Shown here one piece after another: positions 1 through 12,065 of a stretch of 64,000 nucleotides of DNA. Both the position numbers and the translations under genes were made by a program. The stretch's first letter is position 1. Each line of letters starts with the position of its first letter. The stretch comes from Minutocellus sp. GHC0000111 (taxonomy: Eukaryota): contig OZ361261.1 in NCBI GenBank assembly GCA_977018835.1, positions 434,001-498,000 on the forward strand, read 5' to 3'. The notes below the pieces were generated by a model. The model saw only the letters and a list, made by a program, of their open reading frames with translations, was not told the DNA's origin and made no database searches.

Positions 1-998
1 AGTTTCAGCGGACCAACAAGATCAAGGCGGCGAGTGTACTGGTGGTGGCGATCGGGTCGTTCCTTGCCGCGAGGAGCGCGTATTGGTCAAATCCAGACAG
101 CTTTTTGCCGGGAATATGAAAGAAGAGGATGGTTTCTTTTCAATAGAACAGAGGAGACAGATGAAATATGAGCTGCGGGTGCAGTCGTTACAATCATCAC
201 CTGAACGTTGTTGATTGACAACGATAAAAAAGTGAAAGAAGGGAGAGAAAAGCGAGATAGCACGGTACCCTGCAATCCATTGCTGCATGTTACATACATA
301 AATATTGACGCATAATGCATACAACTGCTACCGCTGGTCAATCTGAGTCTAGAGAACGTACAAGATATTCCCCAAAGATGCGTTGACTGCAAGAAGAACG
401 GCAGAGCGGCAAGCAAAAAAATAAGCAGCCACTAGCGGGAAGTACTTGTGCCACTAATTCGACCAATTTCATCATATCGCAGGTCTGAATGTGCCTCATG
501 ACAGATGTCTTCTTTTCGTGCGAAGTCAAAGAGTACCGGTCGTCTCGAAGTCAAAGAGTACTGCCACCGCCAAGCCTGGGCGCCCTTTTCATTAATGAAA
601 TAACTCAACTGCAAGTGAGTGGTTGACTGCTTTCCGTCGAACAGCACTATTATCAGTCAGTGCGAGAGAGTTCCATAAGACAAGAATCGACCGGCCGCAC
701 CTCTTCCCTTCTTCCCTTCCGAAAAAGCAACAGAAGTCAAAGAGTAGCTTCCTTCCCCCCGAAGTACACCATTTGACATTGACAAAATACCTGCTGATAT
801 TGCATCTAAATCCACCCTCCTTGACCTTTCCGAGTAGAATCTAGTAACCGAACTTGATCTGCAACGCCCTTGAATCAGGATAGTCATTCGGATTCGTTTC
901 TCACTCCTACAAGACCGAATCGAACGAGTATTCATATTTTTGATTCTAATTGACTAGAAGAAGGTGAATCCCAATATCCATCCCCAGAGCAAATCATT

Positions 999-1589
999 AT
1001 GAAGGCACCCGTTCGCTTCCTTGCCGCCGCAGCGCTTGCATCTGCTCCCCGCACAGTCCTCGCCCAGGATTGTGCTTCGATTTCTTCCTGTGAGGGCTGC
1101 GCTCAATCTGAATCTTGTGTTTGGGTAAAGGACACAAGCCAATGTCTCTCAAATTGTCCTATCTGGCCAGGCCTCACCTGCACATTTGGTGATGCCTCGG
1201 TGTGTGAAATGGACTTGGTAGTCAACAGCGCTGGAGACGATAACAACAACGGTTTGAGTAATGGGGCGGTCGTGGGACTGATAATTGGTATCATTCTCCT
1301 CTTCATCCTGCTCTTGGCTTGTCTATGCCACGGAAAATGCAGGAAGAAACCACTCCCGATTGAAACAAAGGACACGGAAGAGACAGTAATGTCCAATGCA
1401 GACTTGGGCTCTCACAATAGCCACAAGATTGATGTTCACAAGTGTCATTCCGCGAATTGCGTGGAATGCCAAGGCGGTGGAAAGATTGACAGTCCCATCA
1501 AGTTTGTTCCTGCTGATGATAATGTTGTGGATGATGAGGAAGCTATCCCTTCAAACGAAGAACCTTTGGAAAATGTGAAGATTGTGTGA
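999..1589 (+). CDS. Type I membrane protein with a PSI-like Cys-rich ectodomain
   Basis: 196-aa ORF with a signal peptide, the Cys pattern SCEGCAQSESCVW..C, a transmembrane segment (AVVGLIIGIILLFILLLACLC) and a cytosolic DVHKCHSANCVEC motif. Confidence 0.75.
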   Translation: MKAPVRFLAAAALASAPRTVLAQDCASISSCEGCAQSESCVWVKDTSQCLSNCPIWPGLTCTFGDASVCEMDLVVNSAGDDNNNGLSNGAVVGLIIGIILLFILLLACLCHGKCRKKPLPIETKDTEETVMSNADLGSHNSHKIDVHKCHSANCVECQGGGKIDSPIKFVPADDNVVDDEEAIPSNEEPLENVKIV

Positions 1590-1878
1590 TTGGATTTACA
1601 ATAGAAGAGGCTGGGCTAAGAGTCCTGATCCCTGGCAATCATTTTGTGCCTGATAACTCGCACGACAAAGGTAGTCCAGGGTCAGATCAGTAAAGCCGGA
1701 TACGAAACGAAATGAAAAATAAGGACCAAGAAGATATATATGTTCAAATAATTGGACGAGAGACGACAAAATCATCTATTTTTATTTTATACTAGTATTT
1801 ATATCCGAAATCGAAACGAAAGACATGCATGTGAAATGCCCAAGTAAAATGACGAAGCGGCGATAGTAATCATCATGC

Positions 1879-2657
1879 TCACTTCAAAGGACGGTGGTGG
1901 CGCAGATTCTTCTTTTTGATAGCCATCACTTTACCAGTCTCTTTACCATCACGCAGGAGATGGACTGCAAGCCGATCGGGTGAAGCTGCTTTTCCTTCAA
2001 TTCGCACCCAATGATTGTTGAGATGAGCCGCTTTCTTCAAATTCTGCAAGATAGCCATATCGCCCTCCTGGAATCGGCCATACCGTTTGCAGTGATCGCG
2101 ATGTCCGTCCTCCCAAGCCTTGGCCTGACACTCATCATTGCAATAGAAGCAAGGCGACACTGTTTGCACTTGAGAAGACTCACCAAATCGTCAGATCCTT
2201 TGCCACAGCCATCGCAGAAAACGCCACCGACGGAGTGTGCATGAGGAGTGAAGCATCGATCATCGGCAACTAGGGTCGGAACAAGACTGCAATGGATATT
2301 ATGGAAAGTTTCCTCACAGCACGACACTCCCAGCATCCCTCCAAAGCGATCGAGATGTTCGTGAAGGATTCCGCGGAAATATAGGTTTGCATCGAATTGG
2401 AAATGCTGCCCATCGACATTTCGAAGACTGACACTCGGCGGCCACTCCTCGTCACTCGAGTTGGACGCATACTTGTAAGCGCACCTCAAATAGTTGGCCA
2501 CTGCTGTTGTGCACGATAATGGAGACTTCTTGTTGCAAAGAAAAACAGCCCGAAGAAGCATTGCAGTTGCGCGCATTGCCATCGTCTCCTCTTCATTCGC
2601 AGCTATCGCCTTCACCAAGGTCTTGACCTCATCGTTGAGCCATAAATCAGCATACAC
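1879..2657 (-). pseudogene. MYND zinc-finger protein, 5'-truncated and frameshifted
   Basis: CDGCGK..CKQCRLA in one frame continues as FYCNDECQ..W..H..HC in another (1-nt loss near 2146). It aligns by eye with the paralogue at 22130-23485 from about aa 205 onward, including the C-terminal NLRHHRP. There is no ATG, and an in-frame stop lies just upstream. Confidence 0.8.
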
Positions 2658-3246
2658 GGTCTATGCCGGTCCTAAGCAGGACACCTCCAAGGGTGCTGGT
2701 CGGAGTTGGAAATCGTTCTTCCACGCAGAAAGTAAAGAAGAGTGTGAGGCCAAGATGAAAGCTGGTGGGTGGGAATGGGAGTGGGGCGTCGGAGCAGATG
2801 GATCCAGTATGCCGGATGACTTTCTCAAGGCCAAGACGCCGGTCCTTGAGGTAGTCAAGATTGCTCCTGGTACCAACAAGAAGTGCTTCTTTAATCAGCT
2901 GATCGCAACGACGGCAAATGCATTGGAGTTTTCCAAGGTTGGCGTGAATGGTGGTGGGTTCGACCCCTCGACAGATATTCCTACGCAGGCCGGTATAGAC
3001 GCCTGCGTTTGTTTCGCTGATGGAACGTCTATCCCACTGGAAATATTGCTCGATGCCAAGAAAATGTGTGAAGATATTGCCATCGATGTACAGTGGCAGA
3101 AGGGTGACGTGGCTTTAGTTTGCAACTATCTAATGATGCATGCCCGTCGTCCATGGAAGGGAGAGGCCGGTACTCGTCAAGTTGTTGCTAGCTTGGTAGA
3201 GGAACCGAACTGCACCAGCTTTGGCAAGTCGTTGGTTGCGCTGTGA
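2652..3246 (+). pseudogene. TauD/clavaminate-synthase-like 2OG-Fe dioxygenase, C-terminal half only
   Basis: Contains GRSWKSFF, FFNQL, FADG and WQKGDVALVCNYLMMHARRPW. The N-terminal HxD/E half is absent, and the first ~50 codons of ORF 2494..3246 are antisense MYND sequence. Confidence 0.75.
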
Positions 3247-3367
3247 GGAATATTAGACTGCAATAAACCGTACCTAAGGTACACGGTCAATTACCTACTC
3301 GAAAATGGAAAAGAGTCAAGATCTAGAATCCAAGATAGTTCGTAGCCGCACAAACGAAATTGTACGG

Positions 3368-4672
3368 CTACCTTTTCTTGTGCTTCTTCCCACCTTTTTT
3401 GCGCTTTGGCCATGGGCACTGCACCTCCAGATATATCAGTGTCTCGAGAGATGAAAGATAATCAATATCCTGACCTTCAAGAACAAACTCGACAGACACT
3501 TCTCCACTTTTGGCGTCGAGCTCGAGACGAAGTCGCAATGAGTGATTGTGTACCACAGCACACTCATTGTAACCATCATAGTAAACATTATTCTCGTCGG
3601 TAACAAGTCTAGTCGTTGGGACACAAGGTGAATGCGAACATGATTCAAAACATATGTTTCCATCACTGTCGAAGAAAGTACTTTCGGCGTCAATTTGCAC
3701 TCGAGCCAACTCGACCATAGCCATGTCGGAAACCTTGGTAACTAGAACACGCGCAGTCATGTTCTTGAGCTGGTCTGTATTGAACGGATCATCACCAAGA
3801 CGCTTGCTAATCTCTGGATCTAGGTCTCCTTTGACAACGCCACGATGAGCATCAAACTCAAAGTCTTGATTCCAAAGCTTTGGTGTGAGCAGCCCTCTTC
3901 CCGAAGTAGCAAAGAGGAACTCATCTCCACTGCGGAACTCCACCGTGAAGATGTAGTCGGTCAGCTGCGTACGCGGCTGATACGGTGCCGGATTTCTCAT
4001 TTTGTTAGAGGCACCCCAGTGGGCCTGAAGAAGGCCCTTCCAAGAGAAACCGCTGACGCTGACGCTGATGCCGACGCCTTGCGAAGTAGTTCCAGTAGGG
4101 GAATCCACAAGGGCCTCGGCAACGGACGCGATTGTCGGATTCCCCCCCAGCACCATGTCGCGTCAGAGGGATGGCTTTTTGGAGGTTACATCGGGATCAT
4201 CGTTGCCCTCCATGACAACCCTGCGCCACGACTTGCACGTCCGTTCCATCCCGGCCAGACTCCGAGTGTCGGTCTGCAGCTTGCCGATTCGACGGACGAG
4301 ATCGGGAGGGAGAGCAGACCAGCCAGTTGTAACAATTTTCTCCCTGGTAGGAGCCTTACCACCGCCACTACCTTCACAACCTTGTGTGCCACCGACCTGT
4401 AGCTCATCCACCTTTCTCTTGGCCCCTGCCGTCTCATTACCAGACGCCGAGGATTCCGACGACAACGAAGACGGTTCAGCACTGACACTCGACCGACCAC
4501 CAGCTCTCCCACTACTACTACCGCTACCGCTACTACCCACAGCCGCGCCGCGAACAAACTTGCGCATGTCCTCCCTCGAAACACGGAGCTCGCCACACAT
4601 CTGGCAGCGGCTTCCTGGATGCTGGTGCCGATACGTGCAGATGCGGCAGTCCCAGCCGAACTTGCTCGTCAT
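3368..4672 (-). pseudogene. RanBP2-type zinc finger plus F-box protein with an in-frame TGA
   Basis: Contains WDCRICTY..CQMCG and the F-box-like WSALPPDLVRRI..TCKSWRR. ORFs 4163..4717 and 3368..4156 share one frame and are split by TGA at 4163-4165 (PSL*RDM, probably TGG->TGA). Confidence 0.7.
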
Positions 4673-4885
4673 TGTTGAAAAATGAAGCTGCTGCGATGCG
4701 AGGTGTTGGAGTTTCAAAACATTTCTGAAACGTCATTTTCTCATCACGCGTACACCGGACGAAATTTTGCAAGCGAGCAGCTACGTAGCGAGAAGATGGG
4801 AAGATTGGGCAAAATAAATGAGGCCAACAGCGTTTAGGCAAGGCGTATGATGAAGCCACTTCTTTCCCTCTCTGCGCGCTGAACA

Positions 4886-6010
4886 ATGTTCTCTTTTTCT
4901 GACAGTGTTGATTCTTTCTTCGGAATTGCCGATGCCGGCACTCGCCGACGGAAACTCCGTCATGACGTTTGGTCATCCAACGATGCTGCATGGGCTGAAG
5001 GCCTCGTCGAGAGTTACAATGCCATTGCTTTGCCCCTGTTGCAATCTGTTTCTGACGTTGGGAACGTCGATTCTCCCTCTGCTGGCATAGAGCAGCCAGT
5101 GCGCATACCCAAAATCATCCATTTCATTTGGCTGGGAAGCCAACCGATACCTCGCCATTTCAAGTCCGAGATGGATGGCAACGCAGCAGAGACCACCAAA
5201 GAAGCTCGTGTGCAAGATAAAGAAGGATGGAATGCATGTATGAGATCATGGTTGGACCACCATCCTCCGTCCTCTGAATGGGGCGTCCGACTATGGACCG
5301 AGAAGGAGGCTGAGGCGACGTTCCTCGACAGTACATCGGAATACACAATGGTGCATCGAAAGCCCTATGAGTATGCTCTGTCGAAACGAAACTATGGATT
5401 GGCTTCCGATATCCTGCGGCTGGAGGTTTTGTCTGCCTTTGGCGGTATTTATGCGGACATTGATTATCTATGTACGGCGCCATTTGACGATTTGCACTCA
5501 GCGGCAACATTTTACTGCGGCGCCTCGAATGTTGGTTGTGTCGAGATCAACAATGGTCTCATGGGAAGTGCGGTGGGACATACAGTGACGAAGCAGATGA
5601 TACGTGAAATTGGAGATTGGTTTCATGACACTGTCGAACGAGAAAAGGCGGAGGCTGCACCGGCAATAGCGGCATCGGCATTCCTTTCGTCCTTCCTTGA
5701 TGCAGAGACGTCACAATCGCTTACCAAGGCCAAGGAGCTGTCGCATGAGGATGTTATACGCAACACAGGACCTGGCTTAATTACAAGAATAATAATGGAG
5801 GTGGTCGCTGATCCTACATGTGGGAATGATGGTGACAGCGACGGCGCTGATCGCATAGTGGTACTGCCAGCTCAGTACTTCCACTCACTTCCAAATACAT
5901 GCAGGGGGAGCGTATCTGAGTTTGAGAATGTTCTTAAGTACTGTGAGAGTAATTTGCGCGAAAATACGGTTAAAGCGGTGCATCTATGGGGATGCTCTTG
6001 GCAAAAGTGA
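4886..6010 (+). CDS. GT32-like DXD-motif glycosyltransferase
   Basis: Motifs IPKIIHFIWLG, SDILRLEVL..FGGIYADID, NNGLMGS, TGPG and AVHLW..SW. Confidence 0.85.
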   Translation: MFSFSDSVDSFFGIADAGTRRRKLRHDVWSSNDAAWAEGLVESYNAIALPLLQSVSDVGNVDSPSAGIEQPVRIPKIIHFIWLGSQPIPRHFKSEMDGNAAETTKEARVQDKEGWNACMRSWLDHHPPSSEWGVRLWTEKEAEATFLDSTSEYTMVHRKPYEYALSKRNYGLASDILRLEVLSAFGGIYADIDYLCTAPFDDLHSAATFYCGASNVGCVEINNGLMGSAVGHTVTKQMIREIGDWFHDTVEREKAEAAPAIAASAFLSSFLDAETSQSLTKAKELSHEDVIRNTGPGLITRIIMEVVADPTCGNDGDSDGADRIVVLPAQYFHSLPNTCRGSVSEFENVLKYCESNLRENTVKAVHLWGCSWQK

Positions 6011-6328
6011 TAACATCGATTTAATCCCTTTTCGTACAAATAAATGGCATACCGACCTGTGTCAAAAGATACCGGTAGATAGATGTGATGGCTTACTTAC
6101 CGGTACCGTACCGGTACAAATTGCAATGTTCAGAGCTACCGGTATCACAGCGGCAAAAGTGAAATGTATTAGATGACAATGCACAAACATACACAACTCC
6201 TGCTGCATACGGAGGGCAAAAAGTCATAGCAGCGGCCGGTTTGTTCTCAGGGAAATGGTGTGAGGAGGTGGCGGGTGCGCTTGGCGGTAACGACGTACGT
6301 AGCTCCTAGGTAGGTCTACGCACCACAC

Positions 6329-7375
6329 ATGTACCGTACCTGGTACCAGCCACACACAGCACACAGCCTCTCAACCTCTCCAGGCAGAGGGCCGGAGGGC
6401 AAGGCAGGCAACGTCAAAATAGCCAAGTCCCCATTTCATCGAGCGATGCAACCTACAATTTGGCGCTGCGCTCCTGCTCAGCTGGCCCACCGATCGGCGT
6501 TGCGTAGCTATCACGGGCGCCGGCGACCCTTGTCTTCAACGTCACGCCGTTCACGATCACCCGACTATCGCACAAAGTCAAACGAAAAGTACCACCTCCC
6601 CGCGCCCTTACGCCATGACAATACGATTATGAACTCCCCGCGTGCTTTCATTGGCGGGCTGTCTCTATCTCAGGTGGCTGGGCACACGTCATTTGTATTT
6701 GCAGTCGCTGCGTTCAGCGTCAAAGACATGCTCGATCTCCGATGTCTTGCGATCAGCTCGACGTCACTTGCCATGATATTCCAGTACTATCGCCCAACTC
6801 CGTTGATCATACCACTGAAATGGAACGTGTTTGTACTCGGGATCAATGCGTTTATGGCAACGTCGCTATATCTCGAACGAAGAGATGCAGAAAATATGAG
6901 CGACGAGATGAAGGAATTGTATGTCTCAGGTGAATTCAAACGACGTGGGTTCAGTAACGTCGAGTTCAACAAACTTTTTTCTTTGGCCAAACGTCGGGAG
7001 TTGAAATCAGGAGAAATCTTGATGTATGAGGGAAAGCAAAATACAAAGATCTATTATTTGGTGGGTGGAAAAGTTGATATCAAGTGTGGTAAACGGAGGT
7101 TGGCCAACATTGATGACTCAAAATTCATTGGAGAGATGTCATTTTTAGATGTCCTCTCTGGCGAGGACGCAGCATCGGCAAAGAGTACTGCAGATGTCGT
7201 TGTGGGTGCAAAAGGCGCCACAGTGTACGAATGGGACTTTGGCGCATTGCAATTGTACCTCAAAAACCAGCATGAAGTGAAAAATGCGTTCTCAGCTTAT
7301 ATTAGCCATGATATGAGAGAGAAACTACGCGAAAGCAACGTCAAGATGATAAAGAGACATTTTACAATACGCTAA
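6329..7375 (+). CDS. Popeye-domain / cyclic-nucleotide-binding membrane protein (start may be 6446)
   Basis: Three TM segments (..DMLDLRCLAI..WNVFVLGIN) followed by a cNMP-type fold with FIGEMSFL. Confidence 0.8.
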   Translation: MYRTWYQPHTAHSLSTSPGRGPEGKAGNVKIAKSPFHRAMQPTIWRCAPAQLAHRSALRSYHGRRRPLSSTSRRSRSPDYRTKSNEKYHLPAPLRHDNTIMNSPRAFIGGLSLSQVAGHTSFVFAVAAFSVKDMLDLRCLAISSTSLAMIFQYYRPTPLIIPLKWNVFVLGINAFMATSLYLERRDAENMSDEMKELYVSGEFKRRGFSNVEFNKLFSLAKRRELKSGEILMYEGKQNTKIYYLVGGKVDIKCGKRRLANIDDSKFIGEMSFLDVLSGEDAASAKSTADVVVGAKGATVYEWDFGALQLYLKNQHEVKNAFSAYISHDMREKLRESNVKMIKRHFTIR

Positions 7376-7445
7376 CAAACCAAATCTAAACAATAGAACA
7401 CATGCATTACAGGCGCAGCAATGGTCAGGGCGAAACAATCGCCCT

Positions 7446-9122
7446 CTACTTCTTCACAGACACACCGACTTGGAAACCATCCTTCATCGACCTGACCATG
7501 GTCCACTTGTACTCTCCCGAATGCCCCAAAGAATCCTCAAAATCGAATTTTGGAAGCAAGTATGCCAGCGTAAGCTTCATAGTGCTCAGTGCCAGCGGTT
7601 TGCCGAGACAAGTCCTAGGACCCGCGTTGAAGACAGGGTACTTGTACATCGATGGCTCCTTGGCATTGAGAAATCGTGCTGGTTTGAATTCCAAAGCATC
7701 TTCTCCCCAGATATTTTTGTCCCGGCCCATTGCCAATGGCAGCCAGGCAACTGCAGCGCCAGCTGGGATAAATGTGCCGTCTGGCAGGACATCATCGCAA
7801 ACGGCATACTTGTGGTCATTTGGAACAGACGGGTGCAAACGCAATATCTCCATAACGACTGCATGTGTGTATCGAAGCTCCGATATCTTATCGAAGGAGT
7901 AATCTGGGTCCTCGTTTCCACAGACCTTGGCAACTTCTTGGGTGATGTTTTGGACTATATCTGGGCGCTTGGTAAGCTCATAGAACCCCCAAGAAAGAGC
8001 GCAAGCTGTGGTATCTCGCCCGGCTATCATTATATTCATCACCACAGACTGAAGCTCATCGTCACGCAAGGGTTGGCCCACTTTCTTGGCATGGTCGAGG
8101 AATCGGCTCAGTAGATCAGGGCCGAGTTTATCGCCGTCAGCAACGGATCTTCGGCGAGAATTGATGATTTCCATAGCCTCCTCGAATAGAATTTGTTTCA
8201 ACTGAGCGATTCGTTTTTCTCGTGAACCAATCTGGAATAGCCGTTTCAGCTCATAGAGTGGGTCGAGAATGCGTTCCTGGAATGTAGCAAGCAATTTAAT
8301 GGAAGATTTGAACGAGTGTTGGTAAAAAATAGTGAGAAATACATTTGACAAAAAAATAGCATTCGTTCAAGCACCGCTCTAGCTGCATCTCATAAAAAAA
8401 GAAGAGGCAAAGCGATGCTGCCCATCCGCCTTGAAGGAGTTCATCTCGCAGCCAAACGCAACATAGGATGTAATGTCGAACGTCATTCGAAAAAAGATAT
8501 CCTGCAAGTCGAGGTTCGCAACTTCATCGGGCGACGATGCGATGCGATTCTGCATAAGCTCCGCTACTTCATCCAGCTTCGCCTTGCTAACTTTCGAGGT
8601 CTGTCTCAAGAGATTGCGGCTGAAGATGTTGCTCATGACCTTGCGATGAACTCGCCACAGGTTGCCGTCGGTGGCAAAGATGCCCCAACCAAGCAAATCA
8701 CCGTAAAGCGATCGGAATGCCTTGCCCTTTTGGTAGTTCTCGAAATTCTTGGACAGAATATGATGAACTGATTCCTCGTCTACGACAAAGAAGAAAGCAC
8801 CGTTCATACCAGGAACATTTGGCAGACCACCTCCCCATGTACGGCCGTATTTGTGCGAGAATCTCGCCGCTTCTTCGGGCCAATCATCCCATGTCTTGAT
8901 GACATGGGGTAAAATGCCCACCATTGGGAACGGCTTCGAAGCTGGCAGTCGGCGAGGACGAAGACGTCGATACAGATGCAGCAAGACGATGGTGGAAATT
9001 ATCGTTGACAACCCGCAAAAGACAGGCAAAGGATAGTAGGTATCCGCCGCCCGAGGAAAGAAACTCGTGCGAGCATTGGCGTTGGCATTCGGACTGCCAT
9101 CGTCCATAATTGTTGGTGTCAT
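7446..9122 (-). CDS. Cytochrome P450, CYP86/704-clan-like, two exons, junction apparently disrupted
   Basis: Motifs LLGWGIFATDG..W, AGRDTT, EILRLHP and the heme motif FNAGPRTCLG. Intron-like DNA spans about 8278-8374. The frame breaks at the A7 run near 8394-8400, where FDEMQ is expected. Confidence 0.85.
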
Positions 9123-9500
9123 TTTTTGGTGAGCCGATGGCGTGTGGATCGAGAATCGGTCGTGAAAGTAGTCAACAATGCAGGACCGAAGATAAGTTGG
9201 ATTTCGCACCAGTGGACCAACGACTTCCCTGAACTTCGTTGGAACAATGACAGCCACTGTAGTCCAGCACTCAATCCAGGTGCCGAACAAGAGAACCTGC
9301 TTTGGCTAATGAGGTTCTCGAGAACTTTTGTCGTATCTTGAAGGTGTCAAGTGTCAGCTCAGGCCGCGAGAACGTAGCCTACGTACAAGCCGTAGCTCAG
9401 CTCCGTAGACTAGCTCTCCCTAGTAATGAACATTTGGTTCTTTTAGAGTAAAATTATAGGAAGGGGAGTGGCTTACTTTTGATTCCATTCTTCAACAACC

Positions 9501-9965
9501 ATGACGAACCTCCTCGTGATCGATAGAGCTCTCGGCACCATCACCCTCCAACTCCTCGCTGAATCTGCCCCCCAGACCGTATCTCACATAACCGACATTG
9601 GCAACTCCAAGCTCTACGACGGGACGAGTTTTTACCGATCCGATTTTGTCATTCAATTCGGCCTTCACGGCACCGGTCGAACCAGCGGCAAACTCTCGGT
9701 CAACGAGACGGGAAGCACGGGCACCGTCATTTCCAACACTCGTGGAACAGCGTCTGTGGCACACTTTGACGTTCCAGATTGCGGTGGAAGTGAATTGTTC
9801 ATAAATCTAGGAGACAACGCGCATATTGATTCAGCCTACGGGGGGTACTGTGTGTTTGCTCGTATTGACCCAAGTGACGAGGCCAGTTTTCGTGTTACCG
9901 ACGCAATCGCTGCCGAAGTGAAGAGCAAGGGAAGCGTTGAGATTCGGACTGTGCGGATCCAATAA
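9501..9965 (+). CDS. Cyclophilin-like peptidyl-prolyl isomerase
   Basis: Motifs LYDGTSFYRSDFVIQFG, NTRGT, SELFINLGDNAHID and YCVFA. Confidence 0.85.
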   Translation: MTNLLVIDRALGTITLQLLAESAPQTVSHITDIGNSKLYDGTSFYRSDFVIQFGLHGTGRTSGKLSVNETGSTGTVISNTRGTASVAHFDVPDCGGSELFINLGDNAHIDSAYGGYCVFARIDPSDEASFRVTDAIAAEVKSKGSVEIRTVRIQ

Positions 9966-9971
9966 AGAAAG

Positions 9972-11240
9972 ATGAAGCTCCCACAGATCATATCCTCTCT
10001 CCCGGCAGCAGGAGCGCCATCAGCTGCGGTTGCATCATCGGCACCGCTGGTTGCTCCTGCTTCACCGCACCGGCCTCATCTTGTGTTGCATTTCGACATT
10101 AACGAAACCATATTGGTCGGAGATGAGGCCGGTGGAGATACCCGGGAGGACTGTCTCAACAAGATGATTTGCAAATCGGCGTTTGTGCTGATGGATGACG
10201 ATCAAGAAGTGGAGAGCGATGAGAAGCAGCCAGGCATGAGTCGGCGTGCATTGGGTCATACCAAAAAGCTAACGCCCACCCGGTGGTGGGATGGATCACC
10301 AATATGGAGAGAGGATGGCGATTCCAGTGGCGATGTTCCGGCGCCACTGTACACAGGATGGGAGTGGCCACCCAATGCGTGTCCATACTATCGCACCTCA
10401 TTCAAGAAACGAGCGAAGGACTTTACACTGAATGATGGCAAGGCATATCGTCCTCTTTACCACGAATTGGAAAAGCGCATTGCCTTTTTGCCGGAGGATG
10501 TCAAGGCTGCCGATGGACATAAGTATCCACACGCATTGCACCACATGCTGCCAGCCTTTTTCCACACCCTGCATGAATTGAAACGGTCGGAGCGGTCCTT
10601 TGGTCTGGTATTAAGTACATTTGGGACTGACTTGCCAGATATTGCCGAGGCGCTGAATGTCTTCGCGCGAGGAGAACACCCGCTTTATCCAGATTTTCGA
10701 GACGAAAATTTGATTCTCACACCTGAACGCATGTTCAAAGGGAGATGGAAAGAGGGGAATGGCAATGGTATTAAAGATATTGAGTATCAACTACTGAAGT
10801 GGTCCGACAATGATGATAAGGCACCATCTTCTGATGATATCGTTGCATCTGGGGACGCCGAGCTTCTCGATATCCTTGAGCATTGTACAGTTGCTGGTAT
10901 TCAGGATCACTACAGCTACTGGGAAAAGAATGACAATGCGCTGTGGGCAGGTAAGCCTGTGTGGACTCATCGCAAGACTTCAGCCTCGGCGTCTGGGGAA
11001 CACTCGCACGGCTGCCACCATGTCTTCTTCGACGACAACATACACAATGATCCATCAGACAGTATTGCTGCTGTGAGAGTCGAGAACGAAGGAGGAGTCT
11101 ACAGGTCACTGTCTGGTGAGGAAATTCTAGAAGTACAAGGCTTGCATCTCGTGAAGGTTCCCACTGTTGCGCCCGTTCTTGACCAGGATTGGTTCTTGAA
11201 TCGAATACGGGAGGCTGAGGAGAGGTTGGCTAAGAAGTAA
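9972..11240 (+). CDS. Conserved hypothetical protein with HAD-like motifs
   Basis: 422-aa ORF containing LVLHFDINETIL, TFGTD and HVFFDDNI. Confidence 0.7.
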   Translation: MKLPQIISSLPAAGAPSAAVASSAPLVAPASPHRPHLVLHFDINETILVGDEAGGDTREDCLNKMICKSAFVLMDDDQEVESDEKQPGMSRRALGHTKKLTPTRWWDGSPIWREDGDSSGDVPAPLYTGWEWPPNACPYYRTSFKKRAKDFTLNDGKAYRPLYHELEKRIAFLPEDVKAADGHKYPHALHHMLPAFFHTLHELKRSERSFGLVLSTFGTDLPDIAEALNVFARGEHPLYPDFRDENLILTPERMFKGRWKEGNGNGIKDIEYQLLKWSDNDDKAPSSDDIVASGDAELLDILEHCTVAGIQDHYSYWEKNDNALWAGKPVWTHRKTSASASGEHSHGCHHVFFDDNIHNDPSDSIAAVRVENEGGVYRSLSGEEILEVQGLHLVKVPTVAPVLDQDWFLNRIREAEERLAKK

Positions 11241-11349
11241 ATTGATTTCTTTAAAGTTATTTGTATGCGAGATGAAGAAATCTTGGCCCGTTCTCCTCCA
11301 ATACACCAAGGCAAGCATCCGCAGCATCCAGAACACCAATGCGATGATA

Positions 11350-12037
11350 AAGGGTTCTGCTTCGACGGAAAGGTTGAAAGGCCAGTATCTTATCTCTCCT
11401 CGCCGTCGGTGAAGTTGAAGGTCACCTTCTGCTACCTACGCTGGAAACAGAATAAAACTCACTGTCTTGTGCTAGTAATAAAATCACGCACACTCAACCT
11501 CAGAAAACCACCGACATACCAACCGATAGAGCACTCTGAGAGGGTTCTCCTGATGTATTTTGAGCCGATGCAATCGAGTTGGTGATAGCAATTAGTTGCC
11601 TTGAACATGACCCTTTTTCGCTAACTTCGCCTGCGTGAAAAATGGCCACGTCACGGAGAAAGCGAACATAAAATTTATCAGGTTGGAGAAAATTTTATGT
11701 TTCAGAAAATTGGCGAGAAAAAAAGATACTAACAACCGCCTAGTAAAAGAGAAAAGGTTAATTGCCCCAACAACCAAGGCAGATAGAGCAATTCTGGAAA
11801 AAAAACTTTTACTATGAATTGTTTTCTTGAGGAACAGTCCTGTCGTTGCGACAAAAGAAAAAAATCGTTTCTTTGCCGATTTCGAAAAAATACCCCCCCA
11901 AAAAGACCGCTTTCCGGCCGTTTCCAGACTTTGTCGCAACCACCAATCGAAAGAACGCATAAATTTACCTGGGGTAACTCTGTTCGACTTGTGCCGTATC
12001 TCTATCCGTTCGGGGGGCAAAGAGGGTGTCCCACCTC
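11350..12037. mobile_element. Probable DNA-transposon end remnant (Sola-like GAGG terminus at 12037)
   Basis: A-tract-rich noncoding stretch ending TATCTCTAT..GAGGGTGTCCCACCTC, which resembles the end TATCTCTAT..GATGGGTGCCCCCTC at 50276-50305. The left boundary is approximate and no partner TIR was found. Confidence 0.4.
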
Positions 12038-12065
12038 GTCAGTTTCATTCTCGTTCCAGCGTGGT

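Noticed and set aside
1..950. Short minus-strand ORFs and intron-like tracts
   Set aside because: Possibly the 5' part of a gene leaving the window, but no consistent exon chain or domain could be built.
4163..4165. In-frame TGA read as selenocysteine or a variant genetic code
   Set aside because: The context fits Trp (LWRD), TGA ends many other genes here, no SECIS was recognised, and neighbouring genes also carry lesions.
11814..12065. N-terminal 84 codons of the 657-aa GH28 ORF
   Set aside because: These codons run through A-tract, TE-like DNA. The ATG at 12066 or 12178 is more plausible.
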